Assembly: GCA_951406725.2 (NCBI GenBank)
Contig: OX597816.1
Span: 77,996,001-78,060,000 of the forward strand
Reading direction: 5' to 3'
DNA length: 64,000 nt
Origin: Octopus vulgaris
Taxonomy: Eukaryota
This document shows, in pieces, positions 49,926 through 63,932 of the stretch; position 1 is the stretch's first letter, and the number at the start of each line of letters is the position of its first letter. The notes beneath the pieces were generated by a model, which saw nothing but the letters and a program-made list of their open reading frames with translations, made no database searches and was not told where the DNA came from. The position numbers and the translations under genes are program-made.

Positions 49926-50467
49926 GCCCGGACAATGGCTCTCGTGGCTTCTGATCTTAACTGATTGGAAGTGTTATCATGTACATTGTTTTCTCTTGGT
50001 ATAAAAGACGGGCTACAGCAAATATTCTGCTCAATAACATAGATTTGTTTGTCAGTTGTTTGACCTTAACCAATTGATCATTTCCCTTAGTGTCTGACGA
50101 TATGTGCATCGCTGATCACGGGCAGAAGCAGTAGGAAGCATCATAGCCATGTGTTCAGAGGGATTCTTTGGGGTCTGAATAATTCACCTTTGGAAACATG
50201 GGTGTTTCATTGAACATCTTTAAACAACCCTTATTCAAGACCCTTTTAAAGCGGGATGGGTTACTCGACCAGCAGAAAATTCTAACTGGGCCCCACCTGC
50301 AAGGTCATGTGCTGTTTATCGTGATATGAGATCTCCATGTCGCGCATATATGGTTGTGATGCATGTGCCTAGTGTACCCTTATCAGATGGGTAGTCATGA
50401 TGGGTATACTGGGCTTCGTATATTTTACCCTAGTGTCACTTTTATGGCATGCACTGCTCTCTCACTC
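49924..50467. mobile_element. ~540-bp non-coding element in (AAT)n, copy 3
   Basis: Starts ATGCCC (with a short internal deletion) and ends CTGCTCTCTCACTC; (AAT)n on both sides. Confidence 0.85.
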
Positions 50468-50595
50468 AATAATAATAATAATGGTTTAAAATTTTGCCAC
50501 AAGGGCAGCAGTTTGGGGGAGGGGCAAGTCGATTACATCAACCCCAGTGTGTAATTGGTACCAACCGACTTTAAAAAAATTACACGAGCCGCACT

Positions 50596-50955
50596 TACTA
50601 CTACTACTACTACAACAACAACAACTACTGCTGCTGCTGTTGCTGTTACTGCTGCTGTTGCTGCTACTACTGCTGCTGCTACTACTGCTGCTGCTACCAC
50701 TGCTGCTGTCACTGCTACTATTATTACTACCCCTGCTGCTGTTGCTACTACTACTACTACTTCTACCACCGCTGCTGCTGCTACTACTACTACTACTACT
50801 GCTACTATAACTACTACTGCTGCTGCTGTTGCTACTACTACTGGTACTGCTGCTATTGCTCTGCCGCTACTACTATTACCACTGCCGCTGCTGCTGCTGA
50901 TAGTGACATTGCTGCTGATACTACAACTGCTGTTGCTGCTGCTGCTAATGATGAT
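50596..50955. repeat. Cryptic (ACT)n/(GCT)n trinucleotide repeat
   Basis: Directly visible. Confidence 0.9.
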
Positions 50956-51059
50956 AAATGCAGCCCCTGTATGAAGATTAGTGGTTAAAAAATAAATAAA
51001 TAATAAAATAAAAATAAATAAATAGCATTTTTTTTTAACTGAAAATTTAATAATAATTT

Positions 51060-52751
51060 AACTTTACTTAAAAAGAAAAGAAAATTTCGAACAGTACACC
51101 GAATCGCTTGTCCACTGGTTATTCTGGAATCGCGCCTGTCAGGAGGCTGTCAGCCTGACGACGAAAAATTTTCAAATGGCAGAATATCTTCCCCGAATAC
51201 GAACCTAGAAGGTCACTTAAACAGGATTTGTCCTAAATTAAGCCCCCAAAGTTCACCCCAACAACTATCACAAAATCAAAAAATGTAAAAGAACTAAATG
51301 GAACTGGGGAAAATATAAAGAAATAATATACGCTTATTACTTTGCATTAAGTAGGCCAACCCAAGAGAAACACACCGCAAACTCCTACAGAATTTGAAGG
51401 GGCCGGAATCCAACTAGCAGACCAAACCTGGATGAAAACAGATTAGCAAATGCTAGAAGAAATATCTTCAGAAATACCAGACGCACAGATGCAGAATTAA
51501 CCTCTATTAAAAAGTGGTAGAGAATGACCTAAATATAAGTCAGGAAAGAAATGACGAAGCAGAGGAGAGGAATGTTGGACCACAAGCATTGACTGAAAGG
51601 CGACCATCTGCCGAAACCACTCAAGAGCCTGAAGAAAAAGGAAAATATAATGACCCTAGAAAAAACAGCCAGGAAAATGATGTCGAAACAGAATTTGAAG
51701 ACCACATATTTGCAGAACAACACAGAAAATCTATCATTGAAATGAAGCAAGAAGTTCTGAATGAGCTTGCAGTTGTAGAGCATGCAAATATGAATGATAG
51801 GGAACTACTCCATAAACTTTCAAATGTATACCAACATAAAACACAAGTAAAAATTGGCAACTGCATTACATAAGAAATCATACAACTAAAACCCGATCTT
51901 AATAAGTTAAATAAAATTATTTACTCTGTTGCTAAAGTAATCGAAAGACGCTGTTTAACACCCAAAAAGTCAACAATACCAAATTCGAAAAGAAAATCAA
52001 ACTGGAGGAGTAGAATTGAAACTGAGATTGAATCATTGCGAAGGGAGATATCAATATTAACTGAGCTCATCCCTGGAAATGGTGTAAGATCAAGAAAAGG
52101 CAGGAAGATTGTGAGAAAATATGGATTCTAAACAAGAGAAAAACTAATGTCAGCGAAAAAAACACTTAAACAAAAATTTCAAGCAAAAGCTCAGAGAATA
52201 CGCAGATTTGAGAAAAATCAAATACTACAAGCAAAATATGATGTTCAAATCCAATGCCAAATCATTTTACAGGGAAATAGGGAAAGTAAAAATAACCATT
52301 GAAAATCCACCCCTAATGAAAGAAGTTGAAAACTTTTAGAAAGGGATCTGGAGTGATGAGAAACCATACAATCAAAATGCAGACTGGGTCAAACGCACCC
52401 AAGAGGCCTACAAAAATCTACAAGAACACGTATGGGAAGACATCTCAATCGCCGACCTAAGGAGGGCACTAACGAAGGCTCATAAGTGGTAATCCCCTGG
52501 TATTGATAGAGTACCAAATTTCTGGCTCTCATCACTCTCGTCCGCACACAAAATGTTGGTAATACTATTTAATAGTATTATGAAAGACCCGGAAAAAACT
52601 TCCCATTGGATGGCAAATAGTATTACTTACCTCCTCCCCCAAAATAATGAAACCAAAGACCAAAAATACTTCGGGCCTATAACATATTTGTCTACTACCT
52701 ATAAGATTTTGACATCTATTCTAGTGGAGAAAACATATACGTTTATGGAAG

Positions 52752-52800
<49 letters not shown>

Positions 52801-55800
52801 ATTTGGCTCAAAAGCAAATAGCAAGGCCATGTAGGGGGACATGGAGTTAAGTACAGGGTGGTGTTCATGTAAAGAGTTCAGGCCACTTGAGGTCAAGGGA
52901 GGCTTTGAACAAAGCGGTCGTCGGCATCTTCACCATCTCGTCTGGCAGCTTGTTCCACGGATCCGCAACCCGGACGGAGAAAGCTCCTCTCCTTCGATTG
53001 AGATGAAATCGTCGCAGGTAGAGCTTTTCGGAATGACCCCGCAGCCGACGCTCTGGAGCAGGAGTGAAGAACAGCTCTTTCGAGAGGTTACACTTTCCGC
53101 TTATGATGTTGTGGGCGAGAATAAGATCACCACGGCGGCGGCGTTTTTCAAGAGAATAAAGGTCGAGCGTCCTCAGCCTTTCTTCGTAGGACAAATTTTT
53201 GAGACCATGAACCATGCGGGTAGCCAGCTTCTGGACTCTTTCGAGATGCTGTATGTCTTTGAGGAGATAAGGAGAAGAGGCTTGAATCCCATACTCCAAT
53301 ATGGGTCTCACCAGCGTGACATAGAGTGGTAGGAATATGGCTGCTGTGAGCATTCCGAATGACCGTCGAATCAAGAACAGAATTCCGCGTGCTTTGTTGG
53401 CAGCATGGACGCACTGGGCCGAAGGCGAAAAGGAGGAATCCACCAAGATACCTGGGTCCTTTACCTGATCGGTCCTCTCCAGCAGCAGACGACCCGGCTC
53501 GAAATCAAGTTGAGTTGCAGGAGTAGAGCCGACAGGCAGATGACAGCACTTTGACACGTTCAGACACAGGTCCCAATTGTTAGACCACTTCCAAATTTGG
53601 TGGAGGCATCGACGAAGATCCTCTATATTACCGCGAGGAGCGACCAGTTTGATATCGTCGGCAAATAGAAGGGTGTGTTGCGTGAGGTCGTCGGGCAAGT
53701 CATTTATGAAGACTAAGAACAACAAGGGCCCAAGCACTGAACCTTGAGGCACTGGAGACGTCGGACCGCGAACCATTAACTTGGACTTGGAAGGAGCGAT
53801 CTGAGAGGAAGGCACCAACCCATCGTACAATATCCGGATGGAAACTATATGCTTGAAGCTTGACAAGCAATAGGCGGTGGTTTACCGAGTCAAAAGCTTT
53901 GGCAAAGTCCAATAAAACGATGTCAACAGCATCACTATCATCGAGGATGCGCGTCACCAATTCTTCCATTACTAGTAGGTTGGTCAAGCATGATCTCTTC
54001 GGCACGAAGCCGTGTTGGGAATCAGAGATAGAGGCTGTGTTTAGGAGGTGGAGCATCATACTTTTCTTAAGGATGGTTTCGAACATCTTGCTGATAATTG
54101 ATGTAAGGGAAACCGGTCGGTAGTTAAGCGGGTCTTCGCGGCTCCCTTTCTTGAAAATTGGGCAGATTATCGCTGTTCTCCAGTCTGCAAGGTATAACAC
54201 CCGTCGCCAATGACATATTGAATAGTCGTGTTAAGGGCTCGCAGATGACCGGAGCCAACGCTTTGATAACCCGTGGGTGTATGCCGTCAGGGCCGTGACC
54301 TTTGTTGACATCGAGGCCTTGAATAACACGTTTGACTTCGTCCCGCGTGATGACCAATCGAAGCATTGGAGGTACCGATCTATCAAATGGAGGGGGTTCA
54401 CGACCATCATCTTGTTTGAAAATAGTTGAAAAAGCCTCGGCAAATAATTGACTCTGTTGATAAGGGTCCTCAATTGATACGCCTGTTGAGTCTACCAACG
54501 TTGCAATCTGGTTGTTCAAGCGGCAATTCCGCTGGACATGGGCAAAGAAGGTTTTTGGATTGCTACTGGCATTTGCCGCGATTTTGTATTCGTAACTGAA
54601 GCGTTCTTTCTTTTCAATTTTCACGGCTCGGTCTCGTTGAGTTTTGTACACCTCAAAAGCTGCAGTCGAATCCAGATTTTTGAATTCAGCCCAAGCAATA
54701 TCTCTGAGTCGACGTTCTCGTTTAACCCTCTTCGTCACCCAGGGCTTGTGTTTCTTCCTCTTGGGAAGCCCAACGGGAACTGCCTGGTCAGTCAAACAGA
54801 TTACATATGCTTTGAGGGATGACCATAGTTCGTCAACTGAGGACAACGTCATCAGGGATCGCCAGTCCAGAAGCGCGGAAGCCTCGGTTAGAATTTCAAG
54901 ATTAATTGCAGAGAAGACTCTACGTGGCAGCGAAGTAGTCGTGGGCGTAGAAAAAGTTGTGTGTATGACGAACTTCAGGACCGCATGATCACTCTTGGCA
55001 AGAGGGGCGCACACAGATACGTCTGACACTGATCTTGGATAGCGGGAGAATACCAGATCTAGCATAGATGGCTGCTGCCCAGACCGATGCCTTGTCGGAT
55101 ATTCAACATGTTGCGATAGAAAACAATCTTCAGCCACGTCAAGAAGGGCCTGGCCGAACCGGGAAGATGTTGTACAAATTGATGCGGGCCAATCGATCGT
55201 GGGAGCGTTGAAGTCTCCTAGTACCAAACAGTCATGCGAAGCTGAAACGAATCTTATCGCTTCGAGTAGATGAGCATCGTCCTGGGGGTCGGCAAGAGGC
55301 GGCCTGTAGACAGCCAACACGGGCAGGCAAAACTCAGATAGGCTCAGCTTGCAATAGACGGCATCGAATTTTGTTGTAGGCTGAGCATTAGTGGGTAGAA
55401 TACCGCTGGACGGTTTGTGCTCAGACTTAACATACACAGCAACACCTCCACCTCGCCTTTTTCCTCTGTCACATCTGAAAAGGACGTAGCCCTGCAGGTG
55501 GATTTCTGAGTCCTTTACTGCTGGAGTCAGCCAAGTCTCGGTGATAGCTATCACATCAGGGGAGTCACGTATGGCCAGTGTAAATAGTTCACTGAACTTT
55601 GGGAATAAGGAGCACGAGTTGGTGTAGACGATGCTGAGCTGTGAAGTCTGAGGGGCGGGAGTTGGGGAGCAAGCAGAATAAGGGGTATCAGAGATAGCAT
55701 CGTTGACGGGGGTATCAACTTCACTTCGATTTGCCCTCACATCACTTTCCCTGTCAGCACTACAGCATGGGACCAGAGGTAGGACTTGATTATCTGTCCA

Positions 55801-57985
55801 TCTTGGATTCGTAAACCCTTCTCTCCCCTTTGTTTCCTCAAAGAGAATAACCTCTTTCCCACTGAACAAAAATGATGCAGACGAGGCTCATACGGATGCA
55901 AAGATCAGCTCCTAATTAGTCGCATGATCCTTGAGAAGTGCCATAACAAGCGCAGAAACCTCAACTCTTCAATGTATTGATTATAAAAAAGCCTTTGACA
56001 GCATACCACACTTGTGGATTCTGAAATCGCTGGACATTTTCAAAATTTCTCCTGTGATTTCAGATTTTTTAAAGTATAATATGTCACTATGGAACTCGAA
56101 GCTCCAATTATATCATTCTAATGGAGTATTGCGCTCAAACAACATTAGCATAAACTGTGGCATTTTCCAAGGTGACTCACTTTCACCACTAATTTTCTGC
56201 ATAGCACTAATACCACTCTCAAGTGAACTGAATAGAGCAGGGTATGGCTACAAAATTGACATCAGGAAAATAAGCCATCTATTTTATATGGATGATTTAA
56301 AACTATATGGCAAAGATGATGAAGAGCTTGAAGGACTACTACATACTGTGAAAGGATTCAGTGATGATATCGGGATGGAGTTTGGCCTTGAAAAGTGTGC
56401 CAAAGCCAGTTTTAAGAAAGGGAAATTGGTAAAGTCAAGTTCAATCGAATTAGATGTCGAAACAGTAATAAAGGAACTTGAGCAGGAACAAACCTATAAC
56501 TACTTAGGAATAAATGAAGGCTCTGGTATCCAGCATGCAAGCATGAAAGAGAAGGTTAAGAAGTAATGTTATAGAAGAGCAAACCTGAAGTCTGAGCTGA
56601 AAGCATATAATAAGGTGTTAGCCATAAATTGCTTAGCAGTCCAAGTGGTTCTTTATAGCTTCAATGTGCTTAACTGGAATACCAGTGAAATAATGAAAAT
56701 TGACAGAAAAATCCGCAAGCTACTGACGTGTAATAAGATGCACCATCCAAAGGCAGACGTGGATCGTCTTTACCTTCCCAGAGCTCAGGGAGGTTGAGGC
56801 TTGATCCAACTTGAACTTACGTACAAAACCACCACAATCGGACTAGCCAAATGCCTTGAAACAACCAACCTTTGGATGCTAAAACTTGTTGAAAAACATG
56901 AAAGACCGAAAACACTTCACTCTATTTTGAAAGTGAGCAAAAACTTCGCTACTGATCTCTTAGATACCTACCAGATTGATCAGGTTAAAGGAAATGCGCC
57001 AACTGCTGCTGCAAAGAAAATAAAATTAACTGCAAAGACAAAAGCACATAAAAAATTAGCTAGCAGATGGGAACAGAAACCTCTGCATGGCAAACAAGCT
57101 GATGTCGACCAGAAACGCATGCATCAATGGTTACGAAGTTCAGGGCTTAAAGCAGAGAGGGAAGGTTTCATATTAGCTGCTCAAGACCAAAGCTTATTAA
57201 CCCGGAACTACCAAGCCAAAGTGATAAAAAATGGAGCTGACCCAAAATGCCGGTTCTGTAACGATGAGATTGAAACTATCGACCACCTAATCTCAGGGTG
57301 TAGAGTCTTAGCACCTGTAGAATATAAAACAAGACATGACAGAGTCGGCCAGTATTTACACTGGACAATACGTCGGCATTATAAAATCAAAACCGTTGAC
57401 AAATAGTATAAACACCATCCTGAAGCTGTGACTGAGGGAGAAAATGTGTCGATTCTCTGGGACTTCCCCGTACATACCGACAAAACTATAAAAGCTAATA
57501 AACCGGATATTATTATAAAAGATCAGACTAAAAAGGTGTGTTTATTAATTGACATGAGTATTCCTTGCGATCACAATATAGCAGCGAAAGAATTTGACAA
57601 GATCAGTAGATATAAAGACTTGCTAATAGAAATTGAAAAATTGTGGCATCTCAAGGCGTCTACAGTACCAGTGATTGTAGGATCTCTAGGAATGATAAAA
57701 AAGAAAGTACTGAAACCTATTTGAAAATGATACCAGGCTTACCATCCCTACAGGGAGTACAAAAAGTCGTTAACTGGAACGACTCATGTACTGAGAAGAG
57801 CATTATCGCTGTGAAAACAACATCCATTCATGAATTTATTTATTTATTAATTTTTTTAAATACATATTTTACCTGTGAATTTGCGTGTGTAATCTGGGAA
57901 TGCATACAATGAGCTTCTCTGCCCTGGGTGTATGGAAAACACCCGGCGAGAAATGAAAGAAAATTTGAAGAAAAGAAGGAAAAAT
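51060..57985 (+). mobile_element. Near full-length decayed R4/Dong-like element, family C, split by a nested LINE
   Basis: N-terminal RTKWNW...YAYY...RLANARRNI region near 51290-51470. The RT is continuous across the insertion (EKTYTFMEE | NNLFPTEQK), followed by QGDSLSP, YMDD, CRFC..H..C, RHD and KPDII. Ends at (AAT)n 57987-58051. The 5' boundary is approximate. Confidence 0.88.
52754..55840 (-). mobile_element. CR1-type LINE (APE endonuclease + RT), 5'-truncated, with (CTAA)n tail, nested antisense in Dong family C
   Basis: APE motifs ITETWL, RRGGGV, GDFNAP and SDHAVL; RT motifs NYRPVSLTS, QHGF, DFAKAFDSV, VPQGSVLGP and FADD; C-terminal RRRRGDLI and FSVRVADPWNKLP. Two frameshifts. (TTAG)n at 52754-52799, and AAGAG at both junctions (52749-52753, 55841-55845). 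Confidence 0.92.
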
Positions 57986-57986
57986 G

Positions 57987-58050
<64 letters not shown>

Positions 58051-58052
<2 letters not shown>

Positions 58053-59034
58053 GCAAGAAAAACCTCTCTATGGCAAATACCCAAAGAGAGCGAATAATGC
58101 AGATATCGACAAAGCCCTGACCCATCAATGGCTAATGGCCTCTGGCTTAAAATCTGAAATAGAGGGGTTTATCATAGCAGCTCAAGATCAATGCCTACCA
58201 ACAAGAAACTACCAGGCCAACATATTAAAGATCAGAAGCAGTCCAACGTGTCGTGTATGCAAGCAACAAAATGAAACCATTGACCATGTGGTGTCCAAGT
58301 GCAGTCTTCTAGCGCCTACAGAGTATCTCAACAGGCACGATAGAGCTGCACAATATATTCACTGGGTAATCTGTAAAAACCTGGATTTGCCCCATGGAAA
58401 AAAACTGGTGGGAACACAAACCACCCCCAGTGCTTGAAAATGACCACATCTCACTCCTCTGGAACTTCACCATTCAAACTGACAGGAAGATAGATGCAAA
58501 TAGGCCAGACATCATATTGAAAGACTTCAAACAAAGAACATGCCTCCTCATTGATATGACTGTCCCAATCGATATAAACGTATCTGTCAAAACCTACCAA
58601 AAACTGAGCAAATATAAAGATCTTGAAATAGAAATCAGCAAAATGTGGAAGCTGAAGACTAAAACAATACCTGTTGTCATAGGTGCCCTGGGAATGATAG
58701 CAAAAGGGGCGGATAGCTACCTAACTCAGATACCAGGAAACCCAAAAATGGCAGAAGTTCAAAAGATAGTGCTCATGGGAACTGCTCATATCCTACGCAA
58801 AATACTCTCTATGTAATCTCAAGGTTTAAAACAAACATAATTTTCGGTTTAAAAAAAAAAAAAAAAAAAAAAATTTTTTTTTTTTAGACATTCATTAGTA
58901 CAACATCCCCACCCCCCAAATATATGGCACACTAGGCATAACAACAACATGAACTTCCAACCTTGTTGTATCTTGAGGTCTCTGGGTGAGACTTGGAGCC
59001 AACTTGTACAAATATAAAGCAAAAGTCAAACATA

Positions 59035-59035
<1 letters not shown>
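58051..59035 (+). mobile_element. Dong-like family B, copy 3 (endonuclease region + 3' UTR)
   Basis: Highly similar to ~47273-48223; (AAT)n on both sides. Confidence 0.92.
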
Positions 59036-59070
<35 letters not shown>

Positions 59071-59073
<3 letters not shown>

Positions 59074-59760
59074 AAAGAAATATTACAAGTAACTGCAGAA
59101 TATGTGGAGATGGACAAGAAACAATAAATCATATTATCTCTAGCTGCCCAGTCCTGGCTAAGAAGGAATACATTCACAGACATGACAGAGTTGGAACCTA
59201 CATACATTGGAAGCTATACCAACATTATGGAATAACAACAGAAAAAAGATGGTATAGGCACACACCAGAAAAGGTCACAGAAAACGAGAAAGCAACCATA
59301 CTCTGGGATATGCCGATACACACAGATAGAGAAATTAAGGCCAACAGACCAGATATAGTTGTCAGAGACCATGAAGAAAAAAATGCTTTCTAATTGATGT
59401 ATCAATACCGGCTGATGACAACGTGTCTCTAAAAGAAATGGAGAAACTCTCAAAATACAAAGACCTAGAAATAGAGGTAACTAGAATGTGGAATCTGAAA
59501 ACAGAAACAATTCCTATCATAGTAGGTGCATTAGGCATGATAAAAAAATATTCAGACAAATACATAACAAAAACACCAGGACTTACAAACACATATAACA
59601 TACAGAAAATTGCACTACTAGGCACTGCACACATCCTACGCAGAACACTTTCCATACAATAACCATCAGAGCATCACAACAAATCACAGCACATACCCAA
59701 GGCACACAGAGCTGCGCTCGGTAGTGAAGTGAAAGCACGCTATAAAAATAAAACTACTGA
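59071..59760 (+). mobile_element. Dong-like family A, copy 2 (endonuclease region + 3' UTR)
   Basis: Homologous to ~44239-44930; encodes CRICGDGQETINHIISSC, RHD and RPDIV; followed by an (AAT)/(AAC)/(AGC) microsatellite to ~60016. Confidence 0.92.
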
Positions 59761-59777
59761 ATAATAATAATAATAAT

Positions 59778-59907
<130 letters not shown>

Positions 59908-59955
59908 GCAACAACAACAACAACAATAACAATAATAATAATAGTAATAATAATA

Positions 59956-60017
<62 letters not shown>

Positions 60018-62115
60018 GTTTTCCTCCTTGGCATTGACAGAATTATCAGGAGATTATTAGATATTTAAAGAAAGCAGATAGCATGGTACCATAGGCTGCA
60101 GAGAGCAAGCAAGCCCACTACTCATGCATGACTTCAGGAGTGCCAACAAAACCTGAGTTAAAAGAATAAAAATGATAATGATAATGATGCTGATGATGAT
60201 TGTTTAACGCTGAAAAGAAGAAAAAGAATTAAGTGCTATAAGTATCACACAGTATTCTCTTTTTTCTTTTAAGGAAAATGCAAAACCAAAGAGGGAAAGG
60301 GACAGAGATAATGGACTAAACTAAATCGTAACTAATCTGCACACCCTCTGATAACTCACGGATGGCAATTTGACGATTTCCCCTCACAACTGCACACACA
60401 TCTGCTATGTTTGTCTCAGTTCTTTTGGTTGCCGGTCTCCCAGAACGTTCGTCATAACGACATTTTTCGGCTCATACACTCCTCTCCATACACTTTCTGT
60501 CACATTGCGTAGGCCTCTGAGCAGGTATCGCCAAGCTTTTGGCGAAATTTGATGCAGGTTCATGGTCACTGCGACAATCACACGCTATACAAGTTCCTTC
60601 CAAGCATTGCTGTAAACTGTGGAAGTGAACTAGAGCGTTAAAATTTAGTCTGCAGGCACAGCAAAATTTAAGCTCAATCTGTGCCAAGCGGCTTCACTCT
60701 GCGTGCTTTAGTTTCGTTATTATGGCAACAGTCCGGATACTTATTGATCAGGATAGTATGTATGTACGATAATGTGTGCGTGCGTGTATGTGCGTGTATG
60801 TTTGAGTGAAAGAGAGCGAAAGTATCAGACCATGGATGTCAATACAGCTAGAGTATCCACGACGTCGGCAATTCTTTTCTTGACATCGTAGCTACGATGC
60901 ATTCATGATCAACACATCTATAATTTTTTCAAAATTCAAAACACAAGGTGATATAGTCCACTACTGCAATCAACGGCAACGTTGCTTAAATAAATGCATT
61001 TCGTTGATTTGCAGTTGTGCGTTCAATTCCTTTTGCTGATAAAGTTACCTGCGAAGCACCAAAAATTGATTTTCAACAACGAATTTACTTCTCATTAAAG
61101 GATCAATTTGTACTTCTTTCACTTGAAAATAAAAACACTCGAATTGACCATCGATTCATGACATTGACGGGATTCGGAAAGGGCAACTTTTTCCATAGCT
61201 TTGCTTGAAAAATTCCTAAGAGAAAGACAAGAATTTCATGCATGATGAAATTTTATTTGTAATCAGATAACTGTTAGGATCCTGTACGTGGTTGTTTGAG
61301 ATAATAGATATAATGACCAAATTACCTTTAAATGCTGTAGTAAAGCACGTGGAAGCAGTGTTGTAAATAAATAATAAAAAATAGATCAGTTCAAATACGC
61401 TTGGGACAGATTTGAACTATAAAACTGCTGTTTACAATTCAGAGAAATTCTCGTTTTAGCAATAGTTACTATAAAATATCAACAATTATTCCATGGTCGT
61501 TCCTGACGAAACGGTGAATGTGTTTCTAACTTGTTGGCTATCATCAGCACCGTGTACCACAAGAAAGATAACTCTGAAATGACTCTAGAATTTTTCGCTT
61601 CCTTATAGGAAATCAGTTTCAAAGCCTGAACTATTTATGTGCGACACGGGCCAAGGCTAGAGCAAAATATTACAGGAGTTAATATTTAGATCTCTTCAAA
61701 TTTAAATCAGTTCAGCATTTAGATCAGTTCAGATATGTTTGAACTGATCTGAATGTTTCTTTGATCTTCTGCATGTTTGTTTAATCATCCTAAAAACGGG
61801 GAAGACTGCAGTAGATTCTTGATTCCAAAACTGGGGCCCGCGAAGGGGTTGCCAATATTCAGATTTTTGATGTTCAAAACCATAGGTTTTCTGGTTTTAG
61901 ATAAAACTGAAACCTTTCAACATGCACGCCCTACACAGAACCCTTGATTTACGTGTTTAAAAAAACCTTTCAGATAGAATGCATTTAAAGCGACGCTTCG
62001 CGACGCGCGCAGGGTGTATACGCACGTATTTAAATACAGGCGTCTCTCTGCGGCTTTATCGATCGGTAATTGGGGTATGAGCGCAACAAGTCTAAACAGG
62101 ATTGAAAATTGACGG

Positions 62116-62652
62116 TGTAACAGCTCAGAATATACCCCTGCCCAGACTATACCCCCAAGCTTGCAGGCAAATAACGCAAATGTACCTCACTAAAAAAGTT
62201 GCATCCGAACATTTATAAAATTTGGTATTACACAATGGAGAATTAAAAGTTTCGATTTAAACATAGCAATTTAGAATTATCAATATAAAGCTACACGAAT
62301 GGCTACATTTGCGCGTGTCTGGCTGAGACTCATAGCACAGGTGGGCTGCGCAGCATGCGCGAGTTGTCAGTTATTTTCTAATCTACTTTTACATCGGGTT
62401 TATATTGATACATTGAGTATTTGCATTTGATAATTCGAAATTGCTATGTTTAAATCGAAATTTACATGTAACTTTTAATCCTTCATCGAATGATATCAAA
62501 TTTTAAATATGTTCTGAAGCAACTTTTATAAGCGAGGCACATCTGTGTTATTTGTACGCGAGCATGGGGTATAGTCTAGACAGGGATGTATTCTGGGCTG
62601 GCTGGCTAGCTCCGTGTATAGTCTGGGCAGGGGTATATTCTGGGCTGTTACA
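62116..62652. mobile_element. Foldback MITE-like element with long imperfect inverted arms
   Basis: TGTAACAGCTCAGAATATACCCCTGCCCAGACTATAC at the left end versus GTATAGTCTGGGCAGGGGTATATTCTGGGCTGTTACA at the right. Inner arms ~62116-62283 and ~62427-62600 are complementary, and the right terminal repeat is duplicated. Confidence 0.75.
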
Positions 62653-63205
62653 GCAGTCGTAACACCGGCTCATTGAGGACATAGCCTGCAAGAGTGGTTT
62701 ATGAAGAGGTTATTTGTTTTCACCATCACACATTTACGAACGCCTATATTTTCGACATATTTATCATCGTAAGTTAATTCTTAATTTTACTTTTTATATT
62801 TGTATTAAGCATCCAATAAGTAGGGACCTAATAAGCCAATAAAAAGACAAACTAGTAGTGCTGTTAGAATTAAGAAGGAAAGGGAAAGATCGAGAAAGAC
62901 AGGCTGATATCCGAAAGAGAGAAACGACAAACACTTGTCACAGTCTGGGTTTTGTTGCCCTAGTAACCACAGCTTTTGAGATAGGGGTTTCTAACCTAGT
63001 CCACTCACTTCCTCGCCTCTTTTTACATGTCCCTGTAAATTTTAGAGCCAATCCGACCACATGTAGTGCCCTTAACCCGTTCCAATCCCAAAATGAGACA
63101 AACAAATTTTTCGCATTTCAGCTTTATAGATATTGATACATTCGCAAATTCCCCATCTATACTATGTGTGTGTGATTGTCTGTCCACGTACATTTGTGTA
63201 CGGGC

Positions 63206-63275
<70 letters not shown>

Positions 63276-63615
63276 TATGTGTGTGCGTACGTGTATGCAT
63301 GCGTGTGTGAAAAATGTGTATGTCACTATATATACATGTATGTGAACGAGTGTACGCATCTACTTATATATCTCCCTTTTAATTTCCACCCTAAGCGCAT
63401 GCGTATATCTACATACGTTTTTCTATTTTGGGATAGAACTTTCCATAACTATTAACATAAACCATCTCACTCATAACGCCTATACGTTCTGAAGATGTAA
63501 CTTTCCCAAATAAAGTGCACTGCATATTCAAGTCCCTGATGAAACTATAGGATATTATCCTGGTACTCAAATAAGCGTCCACCACATCTTATAGCAGAAA
63601 GATATATATATATAA

Positions 63616-63830
63616 CAATTGCAGCGTGGAAGGTGTTTTTAAGCCATTTAAGAAACACACAAAATCCGTTAGATTCACTTCAACATTTAAATTTAATTTG
63701 TCAAAATATTTTCGTTGCTTTGAGGCCGCGACCTGTTCACTGACACAAATTAAATTTAAATGTTGAAGTGAATCTAACGGATTTTGTGTGTCTCTTAAAT
63801 GGCTTATAAACACCTTCCACGCGGCAATTG
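63616..63830. repeat. Near-perfect inverted repeat (~86-bp arms, ~43-nt spacer) between (TA)n tracts
   Basis: 63616-63701 is the reverse complement of 63745-63830 with about 3 mismatches. Confidence 0.9.
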
Positions 63831-63886
63831 GTTTCGTTCCAGCACACGATCTCAGATCAGGTCACTTGCTACGCAAGTACATCTCC

Positions 63887-63932
<46 letters not shown>

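Noticed and set aside
50547-50974. Mucin-like Thr/Ala-rich ORF
   Set aside because: Cryptic trinucleotide repeat open in several frames; no splice or promoter support.
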